A stretch of 64,000 bases of DNA. It comes from Magnetococcales bacterium (GTDB lineage Bacteria; Pseudomonadota; Magnetococcia; Magnetococcales; UBA8363). The translations under genes were made by a program, and so were the position numbers. The DNA lies in the NCBI GenBank assembly GCA_015228975.1, contig JADGCN010000004.1, forward strand, positions 4,028 through 68,027, written 5' to 3'. Positions within the stretch are counted from its first letter, which is position 1, and the number at the start of each line of letters is the position of its first letter. Below the pieces are notes generated by a model. The model ran no database searches. It saw nothing but the letters and a program-made list of their open reading frames with translations, and was not told the origin of the DNA. Of the stretch, positions 11,795 through 23,185 are shown piece after piece.

Positions 11795-11996
11795 GAACGT
11801 CCTCTCCGAGCGTGTTCCGACCATTGAAAAAAACAAACGCCCGGTTAACTTACGGGAATCAAGGCCAAACATCAAGCCCGAACACTCCAGTCGGCAACCA
11901 ATCGTGGACACCATACGATAGGTTATCGCAATCCAGACCGGCAAAGAAACGTCCGCCAGGTGACGATGCCAAACACCCCCATCCCCCCTGTGCAGG

Positions 11997-13616
11997 TCAT
12001 TGGCGATTCCCGATATGTCCATACGGATGCAATGTGGTCAAGCGCCGGTCGGCCATGGCAACGCCAACGGTGAAGTGGTAAACGGTCTGAAATCCATGAT
12101 TCCTCAAACCCATCCATTGGTGAAAAAGATCATCGAAAAAACAGCCAATGCCCGTTCCCCGGATACCTTCCGCCTCGGCTGCCAAATACAGGACCTGTCC
12201 CAGGATGCCAGCCTCCCAATGGAGGGCGCGATACCCCCATGCGCCCTCCGCCAATCCCGTGGAAAAATTGGCAAGCATCCCCAGGGAAAAGGCACCATCG
12301 GCAGCAATGTCCTGTTGACAGGAAATATGAAATGCCTCAGCGCGGCAATCACCGGGACGCAACAAAAACAATGGGAGGTGGGAAGGGGTATGGGCCGGAA
12401 CGCGCCAAAGAAAAGAGGGATCAAGGGTCTCTCGCAAACCTGGCACGGCACTTGTGGACCGCGCCAACAGGTAAACACCGGGCTGCATCTCACGAACCCG
12501 ATGGACCAATACCACGGGATGCACCAAGGGCTCCCCGGGCAACAAGCTCCATGGGGGGATATCCCGGCGCGGTAACAGACGATCCAGCATACGGAAAAAG
12601 CTGTCCAACGAAAGAACGGATTTTCCATCGTAGCGCTGGGCACTCCGCCGGGCACGAATCAACTCCGTTGCCGTTTGCCGCGTTGGCGCCGGCACCAATG
12701 GCGGAACAACGGGCTGGTCACGGGACATCGTCACAGATGGTGTCGGCCCCTTGTGGCAATATCGGGCCGCCTCTTCCACCCCTGGCCAGGGCTGGGCCGG
12801 CAAATGACCCAAAGAATTGGGATGCCCCTGAAACTCCCCCGATTCCGCCAACGCGACCAGGGATGCCAGGTTCTCGTGCGTCATATCCGCACCATCCCCC
12901 GCCGGGGAAATGGCGAGCAACAGGCCCGGATGTTCCGGCTCAGGAGCCAGCGGTCGCTGTAAACCCAACAGACGGATCATCGCATCGTCACCCATATCCG
13001 TGCGCAGGGTCACCCGCCATCCCAAAAAGGACGCCGCATAAGAAAGCGCGGCAGACGCATGCCCAAGATTAAGCTGACAATAACGAAAAGAGCGCAAACC
13101 ATATTTCCACGTTTCACGCCAATGAATCAGGGAAAGAGCCAACAAGAAAGTCCCGGCTGGAAAACACCGATGCCACAAGTCGGGAGCGGTCGGAATCCAT
13201 CGGGTTTCCAAAACATGGTCGCGGGAAAGGTAGTGGTGGACCCCTGGGGGCAAACCGGGAACAGCCGGTGCAATCACATAACCTTCGATGGGATGCAGAT
13301 TCCCACTGGAGGGGTGACAGCGCAGCGACCAACGCACACCTTCGTATTCCTTCCAGGCCGCCAGCCCCAAAGAATACATCAACAACCGGGACAGGGCCTC
13401 CAGGGTGAGCGGCTGCGATGCGATTCCCCCCACCTGTCCCATGGCTTCAAAAAGTGGATCGGGCAAAGATTGCCGCAGTGGAAGGTCATGCACCTTCGCC
13501 CCATGAAACCAGCGAAACGGTTCGGGTTGATTCTCCCAATTCAGGTAGCCCGGTCCAGGGGCATACCGACCCGGGGCATGTTTGCTGGCTTCATGGTAGG
13601 ATTCAATGTTATCCAT
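11997..13616 (-). CDS. SagB/ThcOx-like tandem nitroreductase-domain protein
   Basis: YHEASKH, LRCHPSSGNLHP, RRSAQRYD, GTGIGCFFDD; two FMN-binding lobes. Confidence 0.88.
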   Translation of the reverse strand: MDNIESYHEASKHAPGRYAPGPGYLNWENQPEPFRWFHGAKVHDLPLRQSLPDPLFEAMGQVGGIASQPLTLEALSRLLMYSLGLAAWKEYEGVRWSLRCHPSSGNLHPIEGYVIAPAVPGLPPGVHHYLSRDHVLETRWIPTAPDLWHRCFPAGTFLLALSLIHWRETWKYGLRSFRYCQLNLGHASAALSYAASFLGWRVTLRTDMGDDAMIRLLGLQRPLAPEPEHPGLLLAISPAGDGADMTHENLASLVALAESGEFQGHPNSLGHLPAQPWPGVEEAARYCHKGPTPSVTMSRDQPVVPPLVPAPTRQTATELIRARRSAQRYDGKSVLSLDSFFRMLDRLLPRRDIPPWSLLPGEPLVHPVVLVHRVREMQPGVYLLARSTSAVPGLRETLDPSFLWRVPAHTPSHLPLFLLRPGDCRAEAFHISCQQDIAADGAFSLGMLANFSTGLAEGAWGYRALHWEAGILGQVLYLAAEAEGIRGTGIGCFFDDLFHQWMGLRNHGFQTVYHFTVGVAMADRRLTTLHPYGHIGNRQ

Positions 13617-13688
13617 TGCTTCTTGCTGCCGGAGCCCCCTGGAAGGCGCAAAAAAATCGGGTGGTCGTGGCCAATCCATAGCCCGGGT

Positions 13689-14711
13689 TCAGGTGGAAAC
13701 CCGGGAACGCCCTTTGGCCTTGGCACGATAAAGGGCCGCATCCGCCTTTTCCCACCAACTGGTGAAGGTATCCCCTTTTTCCCATTCGGCCAAACCAATG
13801 CTGACGCCAAGCTGCGATGCCCCGACCCCAATCTTCAGCGCCCGCACCGCCTCGCAAATCCGATCCAGGAGACCACACGCATTGGCCAACGGCGTGTTGG
13901 GCAAAATCAGGGCGAATTCATCCCCCCCCGTACGCGCCAAAAGATCGGCATCCCGAATCATGGACGAAAACGTCTTGGACACCCGACGCAACACCTCGTC
14001 CCCCTCACCATGTCCCAGTTTGTCGTTAATCTCCTTGAAATAGTCCAAATCCAGGCAGGCCAATACCAACGGCTTCCCATAGCGACCCGCCTGGATGCTC
14101 TCCTGTTCGGCCCGCTCGGTAAAAACACGCCGATTGACCAATCCCGTCAGGGCATCCTTGCGCGCCTGCTCGTACAAATCCTCATACACCAGGGCGCGTT
14201 CCAAGGGACCACGCAAGTCCGACAAAATGGTCTCCAACTCTTCCAACTCGCCCTGCCCCGAGGCTGAGGCGTTGCGATGAATCAACAACAAACGATCATG
14301 CCCTTTTTTGTCCAAAGACCAATGTTGAAACACCAACCCCAAACCTTCAACACCATCCCCCGCCTCGCGATCCAGCGGGTCTTCCAAAAGACGTTGGGCC
14401 GCCTCCACCAATCGTTGCCGATGCGGACCATGGCAGGAACACGCCGTGGGAATCCGTTTACGACCCACATGGCGATAGGCTACCAGATCATGATCGATCC
14501 GCGGGGCCAGCCAGCGCGAAAACGCCTCCAACATGGAATCCAGATCCAACGTTTCCCCCAGCTTGCGATGCAGTTCGTACACCCGTGACAGGCGTACGGT
14601 TTCACGCTTGTAATCTTCAATTTCTTCCTGAAGATCTCTGGGTTGCCTGGCAAACAAGGCGGGATTGACCGGTGATGTCCGTTTTGCAGAACGCGATATG
14701 CTGATACCCAT
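13689..14711 (-). CDS. Diguanylate cyclase (GGDEF)
   Basis: DALTGLVNRR, DLDYFKEINDKLGHGEGD, RTGGDEF with RxxD I-site (RDAD). Confidence 0.92.
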   Translation of the reverse strand: MGISISRSAKRTSPVNPALFARQPRDLQEEIEDYKRETVRLSRVYELHRKLGETLDLDSMLEAFSRWLAPRIDHDLVAYRHVGRKRIPTACSCHGPHRQRLVEAAQRLLEDPLDREAGDGVEGLGLVFQHWSLDKKGHDRLLLIHRNASASGQGELEELETILSDLRGPLERALVYEDLYEQARKDALTGLVNRRVFTERAEQESIQAGRYGKPLVLACLDLDYFKEINDKLGHGEGDEVLRRVSKTFSSMIRDADLLARTGGDEFALILPNTPLANACGLLDRICEAVRALKIGVGASQLGVSIGLAEWEKGDTFTSWWEKADAALYRAKAKGRSRVST

Positions 14712-14816
14712 GGGACCATTCCTTAGTATTCATTTCGATCCACTATCCATGGAAACTGACAATGGGATCCTGGTCATCCATTAATCCAAGGAGTAAACTG
14801 TGATATACATTGGAAT

Positions 14817-14909
14817 TGCCAACTTCATGCCAATCACCACATACTCCCTCGCGCCCGCAAACAATGGAATCGATAACATGATAATTTCTGAAATTTCAAT
14901 AAGTTGATT
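14817..14909 (-). promoter_or_regulatory. Putative sigma54 promoter with an upstream IHF site
   Basis: TTGGCATGAAGTTGGCA (GG-N10-GC) at 14817-14833; AATCAACTTATTG matching WATCAANNNNTTR at 14897-14909. Confidence 0.5.
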
Positions 14910-15070
14910 TGATGGTTTCAATAAACTACGACATAAAATCCAGATATCAATAATCAATCTACGTCAGAGTACTGGCAAAAAGGGAAAAGAAAGCAATAAA
15001 GGTAGGGATAATTTGCCCCACTCGGCAATTATTGAATGCATGACGAATGGAGAGGCCGAAAACGCAAATA

Positions 15071-15094
15071 CGGGGAGGGTTGTCACCCTCCCCG
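15071..15094 (-). terminator. Hairpin terminator downstream of flagellin
   Basis: 10-bp stem CGGGGAGGGT/ACCCTCCCCG followed by a T-rich tract on the minus strand. Confidence 0.6.
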
Positions 15095-15147
15095 CATCGC
15101 AGACACCAAATTCAATGAAACGATAGGGAATTGAAGTATTGCGTAGC

Positions 15148-15957
15148 CTACTGGAGCAGGCTTTGGACGCGTGCGCCGGAAAGTTTCTCGGCCTGGAGTT
15201 GCAACGCCAACCCGGCCTGGACGCGAATGGAATTGGCAATGCTGTTGGAAGCCCTGTCGGCCATATCGGCATTGAGGATACGACCTCCGGTGACTGTTTG
15301 AATCTCCGAAGATTGCGACAGATTTTCCGAAGCGGCGGTCAATTGTTGCTCACTGGCACCAAAACTGCCCTGCAACTCCCCGATCCGTTTCAGGACATCG
15401 CTGGCGGCCTGGAGTGCGGTCTCGGCTCCCCCCTGGGTGGAAAGATCCATCGCGGGCACGGTGCCCCGCAAATCCTGTAATGGAACCTGGATGACGTTAC
15501 CGGCATTGGGTCCGGCCTGGAACGACAATCCTTGATTGGAAGCCAACAGGGCATGATCGTTGTATGTCGTACCGGTAATCGTGGCTTGAATCTCTTCTTG
15601 AATGGCGGAAACCTGCTGTTGCAGGGCTTGCCGGTCGGCAGTGTTCAAGGTTGCGTTGGCACCCTGGGTTGCCAACCCCTGCAACTGTTGCACGGCATCG
15701 GCGATTGTGTTCAAGGCATCGCCGGCAATCTGAGTCACGGCAATGCCATCATTGACCTGAACCCTGGCCAGATTGGTCCCTTTCACCTGGGCGCTGAAGC
15801 GGTCGGCAATGGCGACCAGGGCGGCGTTTTCAAAGTTGTGTCCCGCCTTCAAGCTGCCGGCAAGTTGTTTGAACGTATCGCTCATCGATTTGATGGCGGT
15901 ATCGCTCTTGCCCGTCAATTGTTGTAATCCAATGCTGTTGGTCGCAATCATGGCCAT
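15148..15957 (-). CDS. Flagellin (short, 269 aa)
   Basis: IATNS N-terminus, NDGIAVTQIA, FQAGPN, FGASEQQL, RILNADMA, VQSLLQ. Confidence 0.9.
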   Translation of the reverse strand: MAMIATNSIGLQQLTGKSDTAIKSMSDTFKQLAGSLKAGHNFENAALVAIADRFSAQVKGTNLARVQVNDGIAVTQIAGDALNTIADAVQQLQGLATQGANATLNTADRQALQQQVSAIQEEIQATITGTTYNDHALLASNQGLSFQAGPNAGNVIQVPLQDLRGTVPAMDLSTQGGAETALQAASDVLKRIGELQGSFGASEQQLTAASENLSQSSEIQTVTGGRILNADMADRASNSIANSIRVQAGLALQLQAEKLSGARVQSLLQ

Positions 15958-16346
15958 AATCGTTCTCTCTTTCTCCCCTGACTCACTCCCTGCTCAAGCC
16001 GTCATGGTGGGTTACAACGTCCCAAGCCCATGTGCCAACCGAGCGGAATTTTTTAATGATGGTCCAGGTCTGCCTGCCTGAAAAAATACCCGGCCAATGG
16101 TTCCTGGTCAATCACCCCCATGCAACTAGCATGCAAACATTACCCGAAGACAAACAATCGCAATCGCAACCCGGGAACATACCGGATCCCAAGAAGATCG
16201 TATCACCTTTTCATAAACAGTTTCAAGTCTTTATTCAAAGATTTCCCCATCAGGGTCCCCGGCCGGGATGAGACACCCGCAGCCGGCAATTGTTGCCACT
16301 TCGCCCCCGGACCGGCACTATTTGCCGCAATCCCACCACCAGACGG

Positions 16347-18629
16347 CTATTTGGTCTTCATCACATACACCCCATCCCATACTTCCGGGGGATGTTGTAA
16401 AAGCTCCTGACAACGGTCGATGTAGGTATTGGACAGTTGATCCGCCGGATTCAGGGACAACGTCTCCTGAAAGGCATGGATCGCCTTGTCAAACCGGCCC
16501 GCCTGATAGTGGTTGAAACCGTTCTTGAAATAATTGACCGCCTCCATCAGATTGGGAAATGTTTCGTCCGTATGGTAGTCCAACACCTCAAAGATGCTGA
16601 CCGGTTTGGTCTTGCCCTTGACGATCACCTTGTCCACCTCGCGAATACGGTAAGTACCGCGTAACTTTTTATAGGTGTTTTCACTGATCAGGATTTGCGC
16701 CGAATACTGTTTGCAGGCGCTCTCCAGACGGGCCGCCAGGTTGACGCCATCGCCAATCATGGTGTAGTCCATGCGCTTGGGCGAACCGATATTGCCGGAA
16801 ACCACCGTGTCGGTATTCAAGCCAATGCCCATCTGCACCGGCATTTTCCCCTCTTTGGCCCGTCTGGCATTGAAACCACTCAAGGCATTGATCATGGCAA
16901 TGGCGGCCCGCGTCGCCCGATCTTCATCATCCCCCTTGGGTATCGGCAGGCCAAAAGCCGCCATCATGGCATCGCCAATAAACTTGTCCAACATCCCCCC
17001 CTCTTCCTGGATGCAATCCACCATGAGGGTAAAATATTCATTCAACAATTTAACCGTCCCCTGCGGCCCCAACTCCTCCGACAAGGTGGTAAAGGAACGA
17101 ATGTCGGTAAAGCATACCGTCGCCAGGACGCTTTTGCCGCCCAGAAGATCCTCCTCTTCCCCCAGCAACTGATCCGCCAGACCTGGATCCATATAACGCG
17201 ACATGGTCGATTTCATCCGCTTCTCGCTGGAAATGTCCTCGATCATGATCAAGGTACCCAAATGTTTGCCGTCGCCACTCACCAAGGGCAAAATGGTCAA
17301 ATTGGCCGACACCTTGCCCTTCGGCGTGGCAATCTCCACATCCATCAACACCTGTTCCTGCCCCGCCTTGGCCACTTGCTCCACTTTTTCCAAAATCCAC
17401 ATATTACCGACAAAAAAGTCCTTGGCTGGTTTTTTCAATACATCGCCACTCACAACCTGTAAAATTTTCAGGCTCGCCGCATTGGCCGTGGCAATCACCC
17501 CATCCTCGTTGATGGTGATCACCCCGTTGGTCATACTTTCCAGCACGCTTTCGTTGTAGTTCTTCATCCGCTGGATATCTTCAAACAATTTGGCATTTTC
17601 CAAGGCAATGGCCACCTGCGCGGTAAACGCCTTGAGACGCGATTCATCCTCCTGAGTGAAAGCGCCACCCCGCTTGTTGAGCATCTGGGTAACACCGATG
17701 GTGCGCCCCTCTTTGTTGCTCACCGGGATGCAGATGATGGAGCGGGTAAAATATCCGGTTTTTTTGTCAAAAGCGGGGTTGAAACGCAAATCGGCATAGG
17801 CATACGGTATGTTGATGGTCTCCCCGGAGGTGAATACCGCCCCGGCAATCCCAACATGATTCGGCAGACGGATTTCGCCAATCGATCCCCCCATCGCCAC
17901 TCGGGAAAACAATTCGTTGGTTTTTTCATCGTTGAGAAACAACGTGCCACGATCCGCCTGCAACAGGCGGGTCGCCTCGCGAATCACCTTTTGCAGCAGG
18001 CTGTCAATCTCGATTTCCGAGGTGATGTCCGACACCATCTCCAAAAAATCCATCTCCAGCCGGCGGGTGATTTCCATCCGCTCAATCTGCTGGGCGTTTT
18101 CCAGGATGATGGCCGCCTGCTGCGTCATCGCCTCCAACAGCTTCAGATCTTCCTCGTCGTACGTCCCCTCCCGTTTGTTTAAGCTTTGCACCACACCAAT
18201 CACCGATCCTTTGGCGGAGCGAATCGGCGCACACAATATGCTCCGCGTCACAAATCCGGTCTCTTTGTCCACGGATGGGTCAAAACGGCTGTCCTGGTAG
18301 GCATCGGGTATGATCACCCCCTGCCCCGCCTGGAATACGTGACCGGCGATCCCTTGATTGTTCAGGATGCGAATCTCCCGCCGGACATGGCCCTGGGCAT
18401 AACGGGTGTACAATTCCCCCGTCCGCTCATCATTAAGAAAAATGGATCCCCGTTCCGAATGGATGCGTTCGGTCGTCAATTCCACAATGGTCTTGAGCAT
18501 CTCCTCCAAGGTTTCATTGGCGGCCACCTGCCGGGATATGCTTAACAGCATTTCCAACTGCGACATTTTTTGCGCCATGTCACCAGCTTGAAGCAACTGG
18601 GATTTGCCCGATTCTTTTTTTGTCGTCAT
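16347..18629 (-). CDS. Class III adenylate/guanylate cyclase (GAF-GAF-PAS-cyclase-TPR)
   Basis: Two GAFs with NKxxGxF motifs; FTDIRSFT, DKFIGDAMMA, DYTMIGDGVNLAARLE; K/D residues indicate ATP specificity. Confidence 0.93.
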   Translation of the reverse strand: MTTKKESGKSQLLQAGDMAQKMSQLEMLLSISRQVAANETLEEMLKTIVELTTERIHSERGSIFLNDERTGELYTRYAQGHVRREIRILNNQGIAGHVFQAGQGVIIPDAYQDSRFDPSVDKETGFVTRSILCAPIRSAKGSVIGVVQSLNKREGTYDEEDLKLLEAMTQQAAIILENAQQIERMEITRRLEMDFLEMVSDITSEIEIDSLLQKVIREATRLLQADRGTLFLNDEKTNELFSRVAMGGSIGEIRLPNHVGIAGAVFTSGETINIPYAYADLRFNPAFDKKTGYFTRSIICIPVSNKEGRTIGVTQMLNKRGGAFTQEDESRLKAFTAQVAIALENAKLFEDIQRMKNYNESVLESMTNGVITINEDGVIATANAASLKILQVVSGDVLKKPAKDFFVGNMWILEKVEQVAKAGQEQVLMDVEIATPKGKVSANLTILPLVSGDGKHLGTLIMIEDISSEKRMKSTMSRYMDPGLADQLLGEEEDLLGGKSVLATVCFTDIRSFTTLSEELGPQGTVKLLNEYFTLMVDCIQEEGGMLDKFIGDAMMAAFGLPIPKGDDEDRATRAAIAMINALSGFNARRAKEGKMPVQMGIGLNTDTVVSGNIGSPKRMDYTMIGDGVNLAARLESACKQYSAQILISENTYKKLRGTYRIREVDKVIVKGKTKPVSIFEVLDYHTDETFPNLMEAVNYFKNGFNHYQAGRFDKAIHAFQETLSLNPADQLSNTYIDRCQELLQHPPEVWDGVYVMKTK

Positions 18630-18630
18630 A

Positions 18631-19386
18631 TCAGACCTGCTGCTCCAGTTTGCCCCTGAGAATCACGATCATCTCTTCCAAATGCCGTCGCTCGCTCAAT
18701 GCCGCATGCTGCATCTCATCCATTTGGGTCACGTAGGATTGGCGCAATGCCTCCATTTCATCCCTCAGGGCCACTATCGATCGTTCCAAATACCCCATCT
18801 CCTGCCGGGATTGCGCCTGGACCTCCTGAATCTTCCTGGCCTTTTGATGCTGCAATTCATCCATCTGTACCCGAAGGGCACCCACCGTCTCCTGAAGCTC
18901 TACCGCCTCTTTTTTCCCCTCCAACAAGACTTGCTGCACCGCCTTGTTCTTGTCAAATTGAACCTCATCCACCTTATCCCGCAACATTTGCACCGTTTGT
19001 TTCAATACCTCAATTTCCTGATGCCCTTCGGCCCGCGCCTCCTGGACCCTCTTCTGCATCTCGAAATTTAAATTTTCCATCTGATCGCGCAAGACGGTAA
19101 TCGCCTGCTGCAAATCGCGCTGGTCGCTGGCTGACTGTGCCTGGACTTCCTGAATCCCCTGACGTTTTTCGTATGCCAGACGGTCCAACTCTTCTCGCAG
19201 GGCCTCCGCAGTCAACTTGAGAAGTTGCACCTCCTCTTCCCGGGCATGCGCCGTTTCCTGCACCGCTTTTTTTTTCTCATGGGTGAGCTGATCCAATGCC
19301 TCCCGCATCGCCTGAACGGTTTCCCGCAACTGACGATTCTCAAGCTGTAGATCGGTAACCTTCGATTCCTCGACAGGCATGGGCAT
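18631..19386 (-). CDS. Coiled-coil protein with 36-aa tandem repeats
   Basis: About 6.5 repeats of LxxxxxxLRxxxxxLxxxKxxxxQE; ends 1 nt before the cyclase start. Confidence 0.8.
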   Translation of the reverse strand: MPMPVEESKVTDLQLENRQLRETVQAMREALDQLTHEKKKAVQETAHAREEEVQLLKLTAEALREELDRLAYEKRQGIQEVQAQSASDQRDLQQAITVLRDQMENLNFEMQKRVQEARAEGHQEIEVLKQTVQMLRDKVDEVQFDKNKAVQQVLLEGKKEAVELQETVGALRVQMDELQHQKARKIQEVQAQSRQEMGYLERSIVALRDEMEALRQSYVTQMDEMQHAALSERRHLEEMIVILRGKLEQQV

Positions 19387-19623
19387 AATCCAAAACCCAG
19401 AAACAAAGGACGGCGTTGTACAGGACTCCAGCGTTATTCTAATACATTTTTGTTCGTTTTGATACAAAACCGGGGCCAACACAGGATGCGTCCGTTTTTT
19501 TTTGGTTTCAAAGGTGTGGGTGATCAACAGGCTTTCGCAAATGAATGCAAAGCGATATTCTATCAGAATACGTAAGTCAAAAAGCCAGATTTACGAAAAT
19601 CATCACAACCGGGAATAAATGCC

Positions 19624-21798
19624 ATGCATATAAAAAATTGGAAGATCGGCACCAAACTGATGGGTGCCTTTATCCTGGTGACTTCGGTCTTGATCATCAT
19701 TGGTGCGCTGAACTTTGTGAACATCAATACCATGATTGAAAAAGAGGATGAAATCGCCAAAACCACCCCCCTCATGGATGGGGCGCTGGAAATGAAATTG
19801 ATGGTCGCCAGAGACATGCAGATGATCATGGAACTTTTGGCGGCGGGAAAAACGGAAGAGCTGGATGAACTGTGGCGGGAACATGAAACATATTCAACAA
19901 CGTTCTATGGACTGGCCAAGGCCATTCTCGAAGGGGGCAATGTCGACAACGAAACGTATTACGCCACCCGGGATGAATCGATGCGCCAGATCATCAACGA
20001 AGCCGTTCAATTTCACCGCGACCGCTTTGAATCGGCTATGAAATCCATTCGCGTGCTGTCCCAGGAGTTGTTCCAATTGGATGCGGCACGGACGCAAAAC
20101 ATGAAGCAAATGGCCTCAAGCTATGATCGTGTCTCCGAACTGGCGGTACAATTCGAGGGACAGGTCAAAGAACGCATCAACCAACGGGTTGCCTCCGGGA
20201 TATCCGCCAAGGAAATCCTTGCAACCGAGAATACCTGGGCCGACATGGCCATGGAAATCAAAACAACACTGGCCAACAGCCGCATCGCCGTCGAACAAAT
20301 GTCCCGAGGGGATGAGACAGGGGCGGCTGCGGAAATCGAACGCAAATATCAGGAAAGCGTGAAGGAATTCGACCAATGGATCGGTGCCCTGAAAAACGGT
20401 GCCATCACCGATGAGGGGAAAATCGCTGCCGTCACCGATCCCAAACTGTTGGCCATCGTCGAACAAATCAACGCCATCCATGACAACGAATTCCAAAAAA
20501 GTGTCAATGGCCTCAGGGAAACACTGAAAAAATGGGCCGAAGTCACGAACAAGCGTTCCGAAATCGATCATAATGCCGATAAAATCGGTGAACAAATGTT
20601 CGAAATGATGTCCAAATTGGAAAAGAAGACGGAAGAAATCATTTCCTTAACCTCACAAGCCTCCCTGAAAATGGCGGAGCTGTCAAAACGACAATCCATC
20701 ATCGGTATCCTTCTCGGCACCCTTCTCTCCATCGTCCTGGGCGTGTTCATCACCCGTAACATCACTGTCCCCCTGAATATGTGTCGTTCCATCTTCGCTT
20801 CAGTCGCCGAAGGGGATCTGACACGCAAAATCGTCGTGGATCGCCAGGATGAACTGGGGCAAATGCTGGGCGATGTGACCAACATGATCTCCAGGATCAG
20901 TACGGTGGTGCAAAAAATCACCCAGGCATCCAACTCCGTGGAAGCGGGTTCCCGAGAATTGTCCGAATCGTCTCAAAGCCTGTCGCAGGGGGCGGTGCAA
21001 CAAGCCGCCGCCATCGAGGAAACCTCTTCCGCCATGGAAGAAATGGTTGGAAACATTCAAAACAACACCGAAAATGCCTTGAAAACCGAAGAAATGTCTC
21101 AGAAGGCCTCCACCGATGCCCAGGAGAGTGGCCAGGCGGTATCCCAGGCCGTGGCCGCAATGAAAGAAATTGCCAATAAAATCTCCATCATCGAAGAAAT
21201 CTCCCGTCAGACCAACCTGTTGGCATTGAATGCCGCCATCGAAGCCGCCCGGGCCGGAGAACACGGCAAGGGATTTGCCGTTGTCGCTGCCGAAGTGCGC
21301 AAACTGGCCGAACGCAGCCAACTGGCCGCAGGAGAAATCAATGCCCTCTCCTCCTCAAGCGTTCAAATAGCGGAAAAAGCCGGGGTCATGCTGGCCACTC
21401 TGGTACCCGGTATTCAACAAACCGCCAAGCTGGTTCAGGATATCGCCGTTTCCAGCCGTGAACAAAATTCGGGGGCGGTCCAAATTAATCAAGCCATCCA
21501 ACAACTCGATCATGTCATCCAAAATAATGCCGGGGCGTCCGAAGAAATGGCGGCAACCTCGGAAGAATTGTCGGCTCAGGCGGAAGAATTGAAAACTGCG
21601 GTCAGTTTCTTCAAACTTGCGTCTGGAACACCGAGTTCCGTTGCAGTATCCAAGCCCAGAAAGAAAACCAAACAGGTGCCACCCGCAACCCGGTCCGCAC
21701 CAATATTGCCACCCCCGGAAAAAACGGCCAAAAGTGGTAACATGGCCTTGACCCTGGAGGGATCTCAGAGAACGGATGACGCGTTTGAACATTTCTGA
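19624..21798 (+). CDS. Methyl-accepting chemotaxis protein
   Basis: Two TMs, [32 protein letters not shown]-terminal pentapeptide-like AFEHF. Confidence 0.96.
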   Translation: MHIKNWKIGTKLMGAFILVTSVLIIIGALNFVNINTMIEKEDEIAKTTPLMDGALEMKLMVARDMQMIMELLAAGKTEELDELWREHETYSTTFYGLAKAILEGGNVDNETYYATRDESMRQIINEAVQFHRDRFESAMKSIRVLSQELFQLDAARTQNMKQMASSYDRVSELAVQFEGQVKERINQRVASGISAKEILATENTWADMAMEIKTTLANSRIAVEQMSRGDETGAAAEIERKYQESVKEFDQWIGALKNGAITDEGKIAAVTDPKLLAIVEQINAIHDNEFQKSVNGLRETLKKWAEVTNKRSEIDHNADKIGEQMFEMMSKLEKKTEEIISLTSQASLKMAELSKRQSIIGILLGTLLSIVLGVFITRNITVPLNMCRSIFASVAEGDLTRKIVVDRQDELGQMLGDVTNMISRISTVVQKITQASNSVEAGSRELSESSQSLSQGAVQQAAAIEETSSAMEEMVGNIQNNTENALKTEEMSQKASTDAQESGQAVSQAVAAMKEIANKISIIEEISRQTNLLALNAAIEAARAGEHGKGFAVVAAEVRKLAERSQLAAGEINALSSSSVQIAEKAGVMLATLVPGIQQTAKLVQDIAVSSREQNSGAVQINQAIQQLDHVIQNNAGASEEMAATSEELSAQAEELKTAVSFFKLASGTPSSVAVSKPRKKTKQVPPATRSAPILPPPEKTAKSGNMALTLEGSQRTDDAFEHF

Positions 21799-21813
21799 AC
21801 CATACCATTGCGT

Positions 21814-22443
21814 TCAAACACGGCCCGCGCTTGGGCACCACTGGGCGATCAGGCAAGAATCACACTTGGGTTTGCGGGCCGTACATACATAACGTCCATG
21901 CAATATCAGCCAATGATGGGCGTGCATCAAAAATTCCCCGGGTATCCCGTGCAGGAGTTCCTTCTCCACGGCCTCCGGGGTTTTACCTTTGGCCAATCCC
22001 AAACGCCGGGCCAGACGAAAAACGTGGGTATCCACCGCCAGCGTCGGCTGACCAAAACACACATTCAAAACCACATTGGCCGTTTTGCGACCAACACCCG
22101 GCAACGCTTCCAGAGCCGCCCTCTCCCCGGGTACCTCACCTTGATGCCGTTCGAGTAACAGACGACTCAAACCAAACACATGTCTGGCCTTGGCATGAAA
22201 CAATCCCAAGGTCCGAATGTGTTCGGCAATCGCCTCCTCCCCCAGGGATACCATGGCCGCAGCGGTCGGGGCATGGCGAAACAAGGTCGAAGTAACTCGA
22301 TTCACCCCTACATCCGTGGATTGCGCCGAAAGGACCACTGCAACCAAATGTTGAAAAGGCGTCTCCGAACGCAATTCCCCTCGTGGTTCTGGATTGGCCT
22401 GTCTGAATGAGGTAAACAAAGCGGTAATATCTTTTTTCTTCAT
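21814..22443 (-). CDS. nth: Endonuclease III
   Basis: LSAQSTD, LPGVGRKTANVV, VDTHV, CTARKPKCDSC...C Fe-S motif. Confidence 0.96.
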   Translation of the reverse strand: MKKKDITALFTSFRQANPEPRGELRSETPFQHLVAVVLSAQSTDVGVNRVTSTLFRHAPTAAAMVSLGEEAIAEHIRTLGLFHAKARHVFGLSRLLLERHQGEVPGERAALEALPGVGRKTANVVLNVCFGQPTLAVDTHVFRLARRLGLAKGKTPEAVEKELLHGIPGEFLMHAHHWLILHGRYVCTARKPKCDSCLIAQWCPSAGRV

Positions 22444-22873
22444 AGGTCACGACTTGGAAAGTTTTTCAAGCCACGGATTCGCCAAAATTTCCCGAAGCCT
22501 CTGGAGCTGGCCCTGGAGTCTCCTGGTATCAACACGCACAAGTGACCGATTGACCATCGGTTTGTCGATTGTTCCCTATCCATCACAGTACCCGCAATGA
22601 CCTGTCATCAGCAAAGAAAAATTCGCAATATATTCTTGTACCACGTTGATATTAAACAATTTCTTTGTTTGCAGTAAAAAAAATTGAAACTATTTCCACT
22701 GGTCCGTGACTCATTGGATAAGTTGGGAGGAATTCAGAACAAGATTGGATTCTTTGCCCGGGTCGGAATACCACCGGGGTTATAGGGGCGGATTGACGCT
22801 TTGCTCTTATTGCTCAGAATTCTCTCCTATTATGAACGTTATGAATAACAAACTTCCTTATTGGAGCCTTATC

Positions 22874-23185
22874 ATGAAAAAGACACTTTCGACTGTTGCC
22901 GCCCTGGTTGCTTGCATTGGTTTCGTCGGCTTGGCCGCCGCTGCAGATCCGGCCCCGGCCACGCATCCGGCTGGTCATGGCCCGACTCCTCCCGCTGGCA
23001 CCCCCGCCCAAGGCGCACTCCCACCCGCTGCCATCGATTGCATGAAGCAGGGCGAAGCCAAAAAACTCACGGGCGATGCCGCAAAAGCCTTCATGGACGC
23101 CTGCCTGAAAGCCGCTGGCATCCAAGTCCCGCCGCTCCCCCAAGCCCCGGCTGGTACACAAACCCCCGTTCCGCCCAAGAAGTAA
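22874..23185 (+). CDS. Small secreted Pro-rich PsiF-like protein (copy 1)
   Basis: Signal peptide; CMKQGEAKKLTGDAAKAFMDACLK resembles a PsiF repeat. Confidence 0.75.
   Translation: MKKTLSTVAALVACIGFVGLAAAADPAPATHPAGHGPTPPAGTPAQGALPPAAIDCMKQGEAKKLTGDAAKAFMDACLKAAGIQVPPLPQAPAGTQTPVPPKK

Noticed and set aside
11997..13616. SagB-like dehydrogenase as part of an azole RiPP cluster
   Set aside because: No YcaO, precursor or transporter nearby; stand-alone members are common
16020..16045. Sigma54 promoter for flagellin (TTGGCACATGGGCTTGG)
   Set aside because: The -12 GC is missing at the required spacing; no clear sigma28 box either
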